Assembly: GCA_963750165.1 (NCBI GenBank)
Contig: CAVVPN010000011.1
Span: forward strand, 1,120,001 to 1,184,000
Source: an uncultured Gemmataceae bacterium
GTDB taxonomy: Bacteria > Planctomycetota > Planctomycetia > Gemmatales > Gemmataceae
Reading direction: 5' to 3'
Length of the DNA stretch: 64,000 bases
Below are positions 43,975 to 55,257 of this stretch, piece by piece. Within the stretch, counting starts at the first letter, position 1. The number at the start of each line of letters is the position of its first letter. Under the pieces are notes generated by a model. It was not told the DNA's origin and ran no database searches. It worked only from the letters and a program-made list of their open reading frames with translations. Made by a program: the position numbers and the translations under genes.

Positions 43975-44857
43975 ATGAAAGAAACCATCGGCTTCATTGG
44001 CCTGGGCAACATGGGCCTGGCCATGGCGGTGAACCTGCTCAAGGCCGGCTATGGCCTGCGCGTCTACAATCGCACTGCCGAGAAGGCCCGACCCCTGCTG
44101 GAGCAGGGAGCCACTCTCGCGCAGCCCGGCGGAGGCGGCCAGGCCTGGCGGCGTCGTGGTGACCATGGTGTCTGACGACCGGGCGCTGGAGGACGTGACC
44201 CTGAGCCCGGATGGCCTGCTGGCCCGCCTGGGTGACGGTGTGCATCTGTCGATGAGCACGATCGCGCCGAGCACGGCCCGCCGGCTGGCGGATCGCCACC
44301 GGGAGCGCGGCGCCCACTATGTCGCCTCGCCGGTCTTCGGCAAGCCCGAGGTTGCCGCCGCGGCGCGGCTGTGGATCGCGACCTCGGGCGCGGCCACGGC
44401 ACGGGCACGAGTGCGGCCGCTCCAGGAGGCGCTGAGCCAGCGGGTCGTTGACTTCGGCGAGGAACCCGGGGCCGCCAACGTCATCAAGCTCTGCGGCAAC
44501 TTCCTGTTCGGGGCCGCCATCGAGGCGATGGCCGAGGCCTTCACGCTGGCCCAGAAACACGGCGTGCCGCGACGGCAGACTTACGAGTTTTTCACCCAGA
44601 CCCTCTTCGATTGCTTCGTGTACCGCGGCTACGGCGAACTGGTCGCTTCGGAGCACTATCAACCGGTGGGGGCGCGGCCGTCGCTGATCCGCAAGGACTA
44701 CGGGCTGATTCTGGCGGCGGCGGCCGAGGGGTTGGTGCCGATGCCGTTGGCCGGTTTGATCCACGAGCGTCTGACGGCGACGGTGGCCAAGGGCCGCGAG
44801 GACGCCGATTGGGCTGGCTTTGCCCGCGAGGTCTCGGAAAGCGCGGGGTTCCGATAG
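43975..44857 (+). CDS. NAD(P)-dependent beta-hydroxyacid dehydrogenase family (apparent frameshift ~44120)
   Basis: IGFIGLGNMG, YNRT, SMSTI, SPVFG, KLCGN. Confidence 0.85.
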
Positions 44858-44897
44858 AAAGGACAACCATTCCGTGCGCATGGGAGGTGCCTTGCCG

Positions 44898-45644
44898 ATG
44901 AAGATCGGACTTTTCGTTCCCTGTTACATCGACGCTTTTTTCCCGGAAGTGGGCATCGCCACCCTGGAGCTTCTTGAGAGGCTCGGCTGCACGGTCGAGT
45001 ATCCGCTCGAGCAGACCTGCTGCGGCCAGCCGATGGCCAACAGCGGCTGCCAGGAAGATGCCGCGGCCACCGAGGCCCTCTTCGTCCACTGTTTCAAGGA
45101 GTTCGACACGGTCGTCGGGCCGTCCGGGAGCTGCGTCCATCACGTCCGCTTCCATCTCGACGCGATCGAGCAGACTCTGGAGGCCAGGAAGGTCCGGGCG
45201 GGAACTCGTGAGCTGGTCGAATTCTTGCACGACGACCTGAAGGTTCCGGCCTTTCCCTGGGCAGCATTTCCGCACAAGGTGGGTCTCCACGACAGCTGCT
45301 CCGCCATCCGCGGCCTCGGCCACGCCCGGCCGTCGGAGCGCGTGAACGAGCCCGACTTCTCGAAGACCCGAAACTTGCTCGGGAAGGTCGCCGGGCTCGA
45401 ACTGGTCGAGATCGACCGGCCCGATGAGTGCTGTGGTTTCGGCGGCAGCTTCTGCGTGACCGACGAGGCGGTCTCGGCCAAGATGGGCTATGACCGTGTT
45501 CATGACTTCCACCGCCACGGGGTCGAGTACATCGCCTCCGCCGACATGTCCTGTTTGTTGCACATGAAAGGCGTCATCGACCGCCTGAAGCTGCCGCTGA
45601 AGGTCATCCACATCGCACAAATACTCAACGGAGGTCCGTCATGA
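44898..45644 (+). CDS. lutA: Lactate utilization protein A (CCG domains)
   Basis: QTCCGQP, SGSC, HDSC, ECCGFGG, DMSCLLH. Confidence 0.88.
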   Translation: MKIGLFVPCYIDAFFPEVGIATLELLERLGCTVEYPLEQTCCGQPMANSGCQEDAAATEALFVHCFKEFDTVVGPSGSCVHHVRFHLDAIEQTLEARKVRAGTRELVEFLHDDLKVPAFPWAAFPHKVGLHDSCSAIRGLGHARPSERVNEPDFSKTRNLLGKVAGLELVEIDRPDECCGFGGSFCVTDEAVSAKMGYDRVHDFHRHGVEYIASADMSCLLHMKGVIDRLKLPLKVIHIAQILNGGPS

Positions 45645-47018
45645 GCCGTCCCGTCAATCCGGAAGGGCTGGCCGCGCGGTTCATCTCCCTGGAGGTGCAT
45701 GAGTCCACCCACGACCGTCTCGTCTGGGGGATGCGCCAGAACCGTGATCAGGCCGTCGCGGGCGTACCGGAGTGGGAGAAACTGCGCGCGCTGGCCTCAC
45801 AGATCAAGGAGCACACGCTCACGCACCTGGATCAGTACCTCGAACAGTTCGAGGCCAACGCGACGAAGCTCGGCACGCATGTCCACTGGGCCCGCGACGC
45901 CGACGAGCACAACGCGGTGGTCCACGACATCCTGAACGCGCACCGGGTCAAGTCGCTCATCAAGAGCAAGTCGATGCTCCAGGAAGAGTGCGGCATGACG
46001 CCCTACCTGCAACAGCGCGGCATTGAGGTGACCGAGTCGGACCTCGGCGAGCGCATTCAGCAGCTATCCAACGAGCCGCCGAGCCATATTGTGGTGCCGG
46101 CCATCCACAAACTGCGAACCGACGTGGCGGCCCTGTTTGCCAGGGACATCGGCACAGATCCGAAGGACTCTGACCCGCACGACCTGGCCGAGGCGATGCG
46201 CCAGAACGCCCGGCCGCGCTTTCTGAGGGCCGACGCCGGCATGACCGGCGCCAACTTCGCGGTGGCCGAGACCGGTGGGTTCGTCGTCTGCACCAACGAA
46301 GGCAACGCCGACATCGGCGCCAGCGTGCCGCCACTCCATATCGCCAGCATCGGCATCGAGAAGCTGATCCCGCGCCGGCGACCTCGGAGTCTTCATCCGT
46401 ATGCTCTCGCGCAGCGCCCTGGGCTCACCGATCACGCAGTACACGTCCCACTTTCACGGCCCGCGGCGCGGCGGCGAACTGCATGTCGTGCTCGTGGACA
46501 ACACGCGGAGCGACCGGCTCGGCTCACCGGATTTCTGGCACGCCCTGAAGTGCATCCGCTGTGGGGCGTGCATGAACACCTGCCCGGTCTACCGCCGCGG
46601 CGGCGGGTTGAGCTACGGAGCGACTTATGCCGGCCCGATCGGTGTCATCCTCGACCCCGGCTTCGACCTGAGCAAGTACCGTGAGTTGCCCTTCCACTCG
46701 TCGTTGTGCGGGTCGTGTACGGAGGTGTGCCCGGTCAAGATCGACATCTCCGACCAGATCTACAAGTGGCGCCGTGTGGTTGCCACCAGGGGGCTGCTGT
46801 CGCTCACCAAGAAGGTCGGCATGAGCGCACTCGGAGCGACCCTCGCCCACCCGATGCTGTACCACGCCGCCGAGTCCGTGGGGGATTCGGCATTGACGCA
46901 CCTGCCACGGTTCCTGCTCTACAACCCGCTCAACCCCTGGGGCAAGCACCGCGAGCTGCCGGCCGTCCCGAAGCAGACGTTCCGCCAGTGGTTTCTTGAG
47001 AACCGGAGGAAGACATGA
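45641..47018 (+). CDS. lutB: Lactate utilization protein B, Fe-S (apparent frameshift ~46375)
   Basis: KSKSM, ESDLGE, PSHIVVPAIH, TNEGN, CIRCGACMNTCP, LCGSCTEVCP. Confidence 0.88.
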
Positions 47019-47683
47019 GTCCGCGTGACGCGATCCTGGCGGCCGTTCGGAGGAACCTGCCCCGGCCCGCCGTGCCCCTGCCCGAGGTTCCCGGGACCGA
47101 CCGGAAGGGAATCAAGACCGGGTTCGGCTACAAGGAGCACTTCTCCAGGCTGCCAGAGGTCTCGGGTTTCCCGGACGAGGGCGAACCCATCCTCCCGTAC
47201 TTCCGGAGGCAGTTGGAGGCGATGGGCGGGAGGAGCTTCGAGGTGGCCGACGCCGCGGCTGCCCGAGCGAAGGTGGCGCAATTGTTCCCCACGGCCAGGG
47301 TGGTCTGCTCGGCCGTGCCGGAAGTGCCGGGCACCCGACGGGTCCAGGATGTCCGCGACCCCCATGAGTTGAACGATGTCGATGTCGGGGTGGTCCGCAG
47401 TCCGCTCGGAGTGGCGGAGGCGGGGGCCGTCTGGCTCTCCCAGGCGGAGCTGGTCGTGAACGCCCTGGGGGTGCTGTCGCAACACCTGATCGTGCTGCTC
47501 GACCCCGCGGCCATCGTGGACACGCTGCACGACGCCTATGAGCGGCTGAACCTTACCACCAGCCCCTATGGCGTCTTCCTGGCGGGACCGTCGGCCACGG
47601 GCGACATTGAGGGCGTGATTATCCACGGGGCGCAGGGCGCACGGAGCCTGACTGTCCTGCTCCTCGCGCCAGCCGGCGGTTGA
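47015..47683 (+). CDS. lutC: Lactate utilization protein C (LUD domain)
   Basis: GVAEAGAVW, GPSATGDIEG...HGAQG. Confidence 0.85.
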   Translation: MSPRDAILAAVRRNLPRPAVPLPEVPGTDRKGIKTGFGYKEHFSRLPEVSGFPDEGEPILPYFRRQLEAMGGRSFEVADAAAARAKVAQLFPTARVVCSAVPEVPGTRRVQDVRDPHELNDVDVGVVRSPLGVAEAGAVWLSQAELVVNALGVLSQHLIVLLDPAAIVDTLHDAYERLNLTTSPYGVFLAGPSATGDIEGVIIHGAQGARSLTVLLLAPAGG

Positions 47684-47752
47684 GGGAACGCGACCGATCA
47701 GCTCTGAGGAGAAACCAACTGGCAACCCAATTCCCTGGAAAAGAGACAAGTC

Positions 47753-49483
47753 ATGTCCCGGACTGTGGCCGAATACCTGGTGGACACATTGGCCGAGGCA
47801 GGCGTTCAGCGCATTAGCGGCATCGTTGGCGACAGCCTGAATCCGGTGACCGACGCCGTTCGCCGGAGTAACAAGATCCGTTGGGTGGATGTCCGCCACG
47901 AAGAAACCGCGGCGTTCGCGGCCGGGGCGGAGGCCCAGCTCACCGGCCAGCTGGCGGTTTGCGCGGGCAGCTGCGGCCCGGGTAACCTGCATCTGATCAA
48001 CGGGCTGTTCGACGCTCACCGGAGCATGGCTCCCGTGCTGGCCATCGCCGCCCACATCCCCAGCTCCGAGATCGGCACCAGCTATTTCCAGGAGACCCAC
48101 CCCGACCAGCTGTTCCGCGAGTGCAGCCATTACTGCGAACTCATCTCCAATCCCCGCCAGCTGCCGCGGGTGCTGCAATCCGCCATGCAGCACGCGGTGA
48201 GCAAGCGGGGCGTCTCCGTCCTCGTGTTGTCGGGCGATGTCGCGGCCATGCCGGCGCCTACGGAGACGTTCACGCGCAGGCTCGTGACCGCGCAGCCGCT
48301 GGTCCGGCCCGCCGACGCCGACCTGGCCCGCCTGGCCGACCTGTTGAACAAGGCGCGGCGGGTGACGCTCTTCGGCGGCATCGGCTGTGCCGGCGCGCAC
48401 GACGAGGTCGTGGCCCTGGCCGGGAAACTCCGGGCGCCGGTCGGGTACAGTTTTCGCGGCAAAGAATGGCTGGAACACGACAACCCTTACGCCGTGGGCA
48501 TGACCGGGCTGCTGGGCTGGGGAGCCGCGTACCAGGCAATGCACGAGTGCGATGTCCTGCTGCTGCTGGGCACGGATTTCCCCTACGAGACCTTCATGCC
48601 GACCACCCCTCAGATTGTCCAGGTGGACCTCCGCGCCGAGCGTCTGGGCCGGCGGTCCAAACTCGATCTGGGCCTGTGCGGCGACATCAAGGCCACCCTC
48701 CAGGCCCTGTTGCCGCTGGTGCAGCCGAAGGCCGACCGGGCGTTCCTTGACCACCTCCTCGAGCAGCACACGGCCGCGCGGCGGAAACTCCGGGTCTACG
48801 TGGATCACGTCGGCAAGCGACGGCCGATCCACCCCGAGTACGTCGCCGCGACCCTGAACGAGTTGGCCGGCCCGGGTGCGGTGTTCACCGTGGACACCGG
48901 GATGTGCGCCGTCTGGGGCGCCCGCTACGTCGGCGCCGCGGCGGGCCGGCGGTTTCTGGGCTCGTTCAACCACGGCTCGATGGCCAACGCCCTGCCGCAG
49001 GCGATCGGCGCCCAGCTGGCCTATCCTGACCGGCAGGTGATCTCCTTCTCCGGCGACGGCGGCCTGTCCATGATGCTGGGCGAACTGCTGACGGTCGCTC
49101 AGTACCAGTTGCCGATCAAGATCGTCCTGTTCGACAATCACCGCCTGGGCATGGTGCAACTGGAACAGGAGGCCGCGGGCCTGCCCCATTACGGCGTGGA
49201 GCTGAAGAACCCCAACTTTGCGCTACTCGCCCAGGCCGCCGGCCTGACGGGCCTGCGGGTCGAGGACCCGGCCGAGGTCCGCCCGGCGCTGGAGCAGGCA
49301 CTGGCGTCCAGCGGGCCGGTCCTGGTGGACATCGTGACCGACCCGAACGTCCTGTCCCTGCCGCCAAAGGCGACGGTCCAGCAGGCCGCCGGCTTCGCCA
49401 TGTCCATGACCAGGATGGCGTTCGCGGGTGAACTGGACGACGTGCTCGACACGGTCATGGCCAACTGGCGGGACATGATCTGA
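47753..49483 (+). CDS. poxB: ThDP-dependent pyruvate:quinone oxidoreductase
   Basis: GIVGDSLN, VRHEE, GSCGPGNLH, YFQETHP, GSMANALP, GDGG. Confidence 0.9.
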   Translation: MSRTVAEYLVDTLAEAGVQRISGIVGDSLNPVTDAVRRSNKIRWVDVRHEETAAFAAGAEAQLTGQLAVCAGSCGPGNLHLINGLFDAHRSMAPVLAIAAHIPSSEIGTSYFQETHPDQLFRECSHYCELISNPRQLPRVLQSAMQHAVSKRGVSVLVLSGDVAAMPAPTETFTRRLVTAQPLVRPADADLARLADLLNKARRVTLFGGIGCAGAHDEVVALAGKLRAPVGYSFRGKEWLEHDNPYAVGMTGLLGWGAAYQAMHECDVLLLLGTDFPYETFMPTTPQIVQVDLRAERLGRRSKLDLGLCGDIKATLQALLPLVQPKADRAFLDHLLEQHTAARRKLRVYVDHVGKRRPIHPEYVAATLNELAGPGAVFTVDTGMCAVWGARYVGAAAGRRFLGSFNHGSMANALPQAIGAQLAYPDRQVISFSGDGGLSMMLGELLTVAQYQLPIKIVLFDNHRLGMVQLEQEAAGLPHYGVELKNPNFALLAQAAGLTGLRVEDPAEVRPALEQALASSGPVLVDIVTDPNVLSLPPKATVQQAAGFAMSMTRMAFAGELDDVLDTVMANWRDMI

Positions 49484-49519
49484 GGCTCGCCTGCTTCGGA
49501 AGATAATGGAGAATACGCG

Positions 49520-50845
49520 ATGACTGATGGATTGTTGTGGCACCGTATCCAGTTCGCCTTTACGGTCACCTACCACTACCTGTTTCCGCAGTTGACGATG
49601 GGCCTGGCCCTGCTCATCGTGATCTTCAAGGTCGTGGCTCTCCGCAGAGCGGATGAGCGCTATAACGAGGTGGCTCGTTTCTGGGCGCGCATCTTCGGTC
49701 TCAACTTCGTTATGGGCGTGGTGACGGGCATCCCACTGGAGTTTCAGTTCGGCACCAACTGGGCCCGGTTTTCCAATTACGCGGGAGAAATTATCGGTCA
49801 GACGCTGGCGATGGAGGGAGTATTTGCCTTCATTCTGGAGTCCGCCTTCCTGGGCCTGTTTCTCTACGGCGAAAAACGGCTGGGGCCGCGGGGCCATCTG
49901 GCGGCGGCCCTGGCCCTGTGCCTGGGCTCCTGGCTGTCGGGCTACTTCATCATCGCCACCAATGCGTTCATGCAGCACCCGGTCGGCTACCGGATTGGCC
50001 AGGATGAGGCCCTGCACTTGCAGGATTTCTGGGAGTTCGTGTTCAATCCCTGGGCGATCTGGCAATACGCGCACAACATGGCCGCCTCCGTCATCACGGC
50101 ATCCTTCGTTGTCTCGGCGATAGGGGCCTACTGGTCGCTGATGGGAAAACATCTGGAGCATGCGCTGATTTGCCTGCGCGTGGGTGTGATTGCCGGCCTG
50201 CTGGCCTGTGTCGTGGTAGCTTTTCCGACGGGAGACAGTCAGGGCAAATTGGTTGCACGGCATCAACCGGTGACCCTGGCGGCCATGGAGGGGCTGTTCA
50301 AGAGTGGCCCGGACGCAGAGTTGGCGATCATCGGTCAGCCGAACGTCAAGGCGCGCCAACTGGAAAACCCCGTCGTGGTGCCCGGCGTTCTCAGTTTTCT
50401 GTGTTACGGAAGCTTCGGCAGTACCGTCAAGGGACTGAATGATTTTCCCGAGAACGAGTGGCCGGACAATGTGGAACTGCTGTATTACACCTACCACATC
50501 ATGGTCGGGCTGGGGACGATCTTCACCCTCGTGATGGCGGTCGCGGCCTTCTTGCTCTGGCGTAACCGGTTGCAGCAGTCTCGGCAAGTGCTCTGGGTGT
50601 TGATGCTCTCGATTCCCTTTCCTTACATCGCCACGACGGCCGGCTGGTGGACGGCCGAGCTGGGCCGGCAACCCTGGGTGGTGCATGGCCTGCTGCGCAC
50701 CGCCGACGCCGGTTCCACCCAGGTCAACACCGGCGATGTGGTCTTCACCACGTTGGGCTTTGCCGGCCTGTACCTGGTGCTGGGCATGCTCTTCGTTGTC
50801 CAGGTTCTGAAACAAATCGCTCGGGGCCCCGTGACCGCTCTCTAG
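49520..50845 (+). CDS. cydA: Cytochrome bd oxidase subunit I
   Basis: HYLFPQLTMG, EFQFGTNW, NAFMQHP, QPVTLAAMEG, ELGRQPW. Confidence 0.93.
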   Translation: MTDGLLWHRIQFAFTVTYHYLFPQLTMGLALLIVIFKVVALRRADERYNEVARFWARIFGLNFVMGVVTGIPLEFQFGTNWARFSNYAGEIIGQTLAMEGVFAFILESAFLGLFLYGEKRLGPRGHLAAALALCLGSWLSGYFIIATNAFMQHPVGYRIGQDEALHLQDFWEFVFNPWAIWQYAHNMAASVITASFVVSAIGAYWSLMGKHLEHALICLRVGVIAGLLACVVVAFPTGDSQGKLVARHQPVTLAAMEGLFKSGPDAELAIIGQPNVKARQLENPVVVPGVLSFLCYGSFGSTVKGLNDFPENEWPDNVELLYYTYHIMVGLGTIFTLVMAVAAFLLWRNRLQQSRQVLWVLMLSIPFPYIATTAGWWTAELGRQPWVVHGLLRTADAGSTQVNTGDVVFTTLGFAGLYLVLGMLFVVQVLKQIARGPVTAL

Positions 50846-50853
50846 GAGATGCG

Positions 50854-51900
50854 ATGGAAACGGTCTGGTTCGCCGGTGTGTCCGCGATGCTCGCGGTCTA
50901 TGTGATCCTGGACGGGTTCGATTTCGGCGCCGGCATCCTGCACCGTTTCGTCGCCAGGACGGACGAGGAGCGGCGGACGGTGTTGGCGGCCATCGGGCCG
51001 GTCTGGGACGGCAACGAGGTCTGGCTGGTGGCGGCAGCCGGTGTGTTATTCCTGGCGTTTCCCAGAGTGTATTCCGCCGCCTTCAGCGGTTTTTACCTGG
51101 CCTTGATGATCGTGCTCTGGTTGTTGATCCTGCGGGGGGTCGCCATCGAATCGCGCTCCCAGCAGGAGAACCCGTTATGGCGCGAGTTCTGGGACACGAC
51201 CTTCTCGTTCGCCTCGGCGCTGTTGGCCGTGGTGCTGGGCACGTCCCTGGGCAATGTGGTCCGCGGTGTGCCGCTGGACGGCACCGGTGGCTTTGCCATG
51301 TCTCTGTTTACGGATTTTCAGCCGGGGGCGCAGCCAGGAATCTTCGATTGGTACACCATGCTGGTGGGGGTCTTCACGCTATGTGTCCTGGGCGGCCACG
51401 GTGCCCTTTACCTTGTCTGGAAGACAACCGGTCCCGTGCGGGAGCGCAGCCGCGACTGGGCCCGAAAGGCGTGGCTGGCTGTGCTGCCGCTGTGGGCACT
51501 GGCGACCCTGGCCACTGTCTGGATTCAGCCGGAGGTCTTCACGAACCTCCTCGCTCGTCCCTGGGCGCTAGGCTTTGTTCTCCTGATGCTGGGCGGGCTG
51601 TTCGGGGTCTTTCGGTTCTTGAAACGCGAGCAAGAACTGGCCGCCTTCCTGTCGTCAAGTGCGTTCCTGTTGGGTCTCATGGCGGCCATGATGGTGGGCA
51701 ATTATCCGCACTGGTTGCGCTCTACCCTGGATCCAGCTTATAGTCTGACGGCCACGAACGCCGCCGCGGAAAGTTACGCTTTGCTGGTGGGGCTCGTCTG
51801 GTGGGTGATCGGCATGATCCTGGCAGGAGGATACTTTGTTTACGTATTCCGGTCTTTTCGCGGCAAGGTCGATGCCCGCGCCACGGAGCATTATCACTGA
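50854..51900 (+). CDS. cydB: Cytochrome bd oxidase subunit II
   Basis: LDGFDFGAG, IGPVWDGNEVWL, FSGFY. Confidence 0.93.
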   Translation: METVWFAGVSAMLAVYVILDGFDFGAGILHRFVARTDEERRTVLAAIGPVWDGNEVWLVAAAGVLFLAFPRVYSAAFSGFYLALMIVLWLLILRGVAIESRSQQENPLWREFWDTTFSFASALLAVVLGTSLGNVVRGVPLDGTGGFAMSLFTDFQPGAQPGIFDWYTMLVGVFTLCVLGGHGALYLVWKTTGPVRERSRDWARKAWLAVLPLWALATLATVWIQPEVFTNLLARPWALGFVLLMLGGLFGVFRFLKREQELAAFLSSSAFLLGLMAAMMVGNYPHWLRSTLDPAYSLTATNAAAESYALLVGLVWWVIGMILAGGYFVYVFRSFRGKVDARATEHYH

Positions 51901-52016
51901 CGATCAATGTTGGTTGGTGTCACCCCGTCCCGCCTAGTTTCGTGGGAACGGCAATGCTCCGTCGGCGTGATCCGCAGGGACCCATGATTTCCGCGACTAT
52001 TTGATTGGAGTGGCAG

Positions 52017-53126
52017 ATGTCGAACGATCTCAAATTACCGGCGGCAGTCGAGCAGCCGCGCCTCGGCACAGCGAGCACGCTGGCAAGATTCGCCGTGATC
52101 GGTGTCGCTCTCACGGCGGTCGCAGGAACCTTCGCCTATTTCGGTGGGTGGTTCACCCCGAATGATCTGACGCCCGCGCGGCTCACCGACGCTTTCGAGC
52201 AAGTCGATGGCGTCCACCCCGGCTTCCGGCGCAACCATGCCCGGGGGGTGGGCGTTTCCGGGTTCTTCGAGAGTAATGGGAACGGCGTCCGTCTCTCGCG
52301 GGCGGCCGTCTTTCAACCGGGGACCGTGCCCGTGATCGGCCGCTTCTCCCTGGGTGGAGGGAATCCGTATGCCGCCGACAAACCGGACAGGGTGCGCGGC
52401 CTCGGGCTTCAGTTTTCGCCGCCTCACGGCGAGCTGTGGCGAACCGCAATGATTAACCTTCCTGTCTTTCCGGTTCGCACGCCCAAGGCGTTTTACGAAC
52501 TGCTGCTCGCCTCGAAGCCGGACCCCAGTACCGGCGAGCCGGATCCAACCAAAATGAAGGCGTTGTTCGCACGCCATCCCGAAACCGTGCAGGCGCTGAC
52601 GATCATCAAAAAACAGCCAGTTTCCTTGGGATTTGGCAACAGCACCTTCCACAGTCTGAATGCGTTTCGCTTCATCAATGCGGCAGGCGATTCCATCCCG
52701 GTGCGCTGGTTCCTGACGCCGCAGCAACCGTTCGAGGCGGCAAACACTGCTTCGGCGTCCCGGGACAAGAAATATCTCTTTGACGCCTTGATCGCACAGA
52801 TCCACCATCAGCCGTTGCGCTGGCGTCTCATCATCATCGTTGGACAACCGGGCGACCCCACGAACGACGCCACCATCGCCTGGCCAGCCGGGCGGGAACA
52901 GGTGCATGTGGGAACCCTGACGCTAAACCAAGTGGAGAGTGACGAGACCAGTGCTGCGACGGATATTAACTTCGACCCACTGGTGTTACCCGCGGGCATC
53001 GCGCCCTCGGATGATCCCTTGCTCAGCGCCCGCTCGGCGGTGTACTCACAGTCGTTTACCAGACGCGCCGGCGAAACGAGGCAGCCGAGCGCGATCACGC
53101 CAGCCGACGTGCGGAAAGGAGAATGA
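52017..53126 (+). CDS. Catalase-related peroxidase (SrpA-like)
   Basis: GFRRNHARG, VIGRFS, FDPLVLPAGIAPSDDPLLSARSAVY. Confidence 0.85.
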   Translation: MSNDLKLPAAVEQPRLGTASTLARFAVIGVALTAVAGTFAYFGGWFTPNDLTPARLTDAFEQVDGVHPGFRRNHARGVGVSGFFESNGNGVRLSRAAVFQPGTVPVIGRFSLGGGNPYAADKPDRVRGLGLQFSPPHGELWRTAMINLPVFPVRTPKAFYELLLASKPDPSTGEPDPTKMKALFARHPETVQALTIIKKQPVSLGFGNSTFHSLNAFRFINAAGDSIPVRWFLTPQQPFEAANTASASRDKKYLFDALIAQIHHQPLRWRLIIIVGQPGDPTNDATIAWPAGREQVHVGTLTLNQVESDETSAATDINFDPLVLPAGIAPSDDPLLSARSAVYSQSFTRRAGETRQPSAITPADVRKGE

Positions 53127-53746
53127 GGATGTCAACTCAACGTCGCCAATTTACCGCCTTCTCGCGGCTGCTGCACTGGACGATGGCCGCGCTGGTGTTA
53201 ACCATGCTGTGCATCGGCGTTACCATGGTCGTCTCGTTGGCCGATTACCATGTGCTCGTGTCGATCCATCGCCCACTGGGGATCGCGATTTTGATCCTGG
53301 TTGTCGTTCGCTTCGTCAACCGGCTCTTGAGTCCGCCGCCACCGTTCCCGGCCACAATGTCACGTGCGGAGCGTCTGGCGGCAACGGCGTCGGAACTGAC
53401 GATGTATGGTTTGATGTTCATTCTCCCGCTGGTCGGTTGGGGCATGCTGTCGGCGGCGGGCTATCCGATTGTCCTTTTTGGGTCCGTGCAGCTGCCGTTT
53501 ATCCTGCCGCACGACCTCATGCTGTATGCGGTGTTGCGACAGGCGCACACCGTCCTCGCGTACGTCTTTTTCCTGACGATCCTTGCTCACTTCGGGGCGA
53601 TTTTGTTTCACACGCTGATTGTGCGAGACGGCATCCTGATTCGGATGGCGCCGTGGAACATTCGGTCACAGGAGGCCGCAGCCACGGAGCAAACCGGGCC
53701 GTGTGGCACACGACAATCTCAGTCGGTTGTGGTTGACTCCGAATAA
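53123..53746 (+). CDS. Cytochrome b561-type membrane protein
   Basis: RLLHW, IHRPLG, PLVGW, AH...H; four TM helices. Confidence 0.85.
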   Translation: MRMSTQRRQFTAFSRLLHWTMAALVLTMLCIGVTMVVSLADYHVLVSIHRPLGIAILILVVVRFVNRLLSPPPPFPATMSRAERLAATASELTMYGLMFILPLVGWGMLSAAGYPIVLFGSVQLPFILPHDLMLYAVLRQAHTVLAYVFFLTILAHFGAILFHTLIVRDGILIRMAPWNIRSQEAAATEQTGPCGTRQSQSVVVDSE

Positions 53747-53802
53747 ACTGACCCGCGCGGAGTGCAAGGTACTCGCTGCGGTTCACACCTGAGAGGGATC
53801 AC

Positions 53803-54966
53803 ATGACGGCAGACCCACGCGATCAGAATCCGATTGGCACGGTCCACGGCTGTCCGGCCGGGGCGGACCACGACCGCGAAGTCCCCGAAATCGACCTGCT
53901 CAGCCCGCTGACGATCCGCGGTGTCACCTTGAGCAATCGGATCGTGATGTCACCGATGTGTCAGTACAGCGCCGACGACGGACTGGCTAACGACTGGCAC
54001 CTTGTCCACCTTGGCAGCCGAGCCGCCGGGGGAGTTGGGCTCGTCATGGTGGAGGCGACCGCCGTTACTGCCGAGGGTCGGATTACCCCCAGGGACATGG
54101 GCATCTGGGGCGAGCAACACGTCGAACCCCTGGCGCGGATCGCCCGCTTCGTCCACTCCCAGGGGGCCATCGCCGGCATTCAGCTGGCCCACGCGGGCCG
54201 CAAGGCGAGCTGCGAACCACCCTGGTTGGGCGGGGCACGCCTGAAGACACCCGCGGCCGGCGGCTGGACCGTGGTGGGCCCCAGTCCGATCCCGTTCAAC
54301 GATGGCGATCCGCCGCCGGTCGAACTGGACGAAGCCGGGATCAGCGGCGTGGTCAGCGCCTTCGAGAACGCCGTCCGCCGCGCGTTGACCGCGGGCTTCC
54401 AGCTCATTGAGGTACACGCCGCCCACGGCTACTTGCTGCACGAGTTTTTGTCCCCGTTGAGCAACCGGCGCACGGATCAATACGGCGGCAGTCTGGACAA
54501 CCGTATGCGGCTCACACTTCGAGTCTGTGAGCGGGTCCGAGCACTGGTCCCCGCCGAGTTGCCGGTTTTTGTGCGGATTTCAGCTACCGACTGGGTTGAG
54601 GGAGGCTGGGATGCCGAGCAGTCCGTGATTCTGGCCCAACGTCTCAAGGATGTGCGAATCGACCTGATCGATGTCTCCTCTGGCGCGCTGACGCCGAAGG
54701 CGCGCATTCCCGTCGGCAAGGGCTATCAGGTGCCGTTCGCGCGGCGCATCCGCGACGAGGCCAGGATCATGACGGGGGCTGTCGGGCTAATCACCGAAGC
54801 CGGGTACGCCAACGAAATCATCACCGGCGGCGATGCCGATCTGGTATTCATCGCCCGCGAACTGTTGCGTGAGCCGTACTGGGCGATCAAAGCCCAGTCC
54901 GAGTTGGGCAAAGAGCCCTCGTGGCCGGTCCAGTACGGATACGCCGTCAAGCGACGAGCAAGGTAA
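53803..54966 (+). CDS. NADH:flavin oxidoreductase (Old Yellow Enzyme, YqjM/NamA class)
   Basis: [30 protein letters not shown]. Confidence 0.9.
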   Translation: MTADPRDQNPIGTVHGCPAGADHDREVPEIDLLSPLTIRGVTLSNRIVMSPMCQYSADDGLANDWHLVHLGSRAAGGVGLVMVEATAVTAEGRITPRDMGIWGEQHVEPLARIARFVHSQGAIAGIQLAHAGRKASCEPPWLGGARLKTPAAGGWTVVGPSPIPFNDGDPPPVELDEAGISGVVSAFENAVRRALTAGFQLIEVHAAHGYLLHEFLSPLSNRRTDQYGGSLDNRMRLTLRVCERVRALVPAELPVFVRISATDWVEGGWDAEQSVILAQRLKDVRIDLIDVSSGALTPKARIPVGKGYQVPFARRIRDEARIMTGAVGLITEAGYANEIITGGDADLVFIARELLREPYWAIKAQSELGKEPSWPVQYGYAVKRRAR

Positions 54967-54982
54967 CACGAAAGGATTGGCG

Positions 54983-55205
54983 ATGACTGCCACCCGAGCT
55001 GAGCACGACAGCCTCGGCCCGGTTAATGTCCCGGCCGACAAGCTCTGGGGGGCGCAGACGCAGCGGTCCCTGGAGCATTTCAGCATCGGCGATGATCTCA
55101 TCCCCCGGGAGATGATCCCCGCCTATGCGCTTGTCAAGAAAGCCGCCGCGCTGGTCAACCACAAGGCCGGCCGGCTCGGCGACCCCCAGAAGAACCTGAT
55201 TGTAA
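54983..55205 (+). pseudogene. fumC: Class II fumarase N-terminal fragment (~75 codons)
   Basis: [32 protein letters not shown]...KKAAALVN, then similarity stops abruptly. Confidence 0.8.
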
Positions 55206-55257
55206 CTGAACGGTCCATTGTTGAACGGAGTCCACTAACCCTGAGGAGAAGTATTTC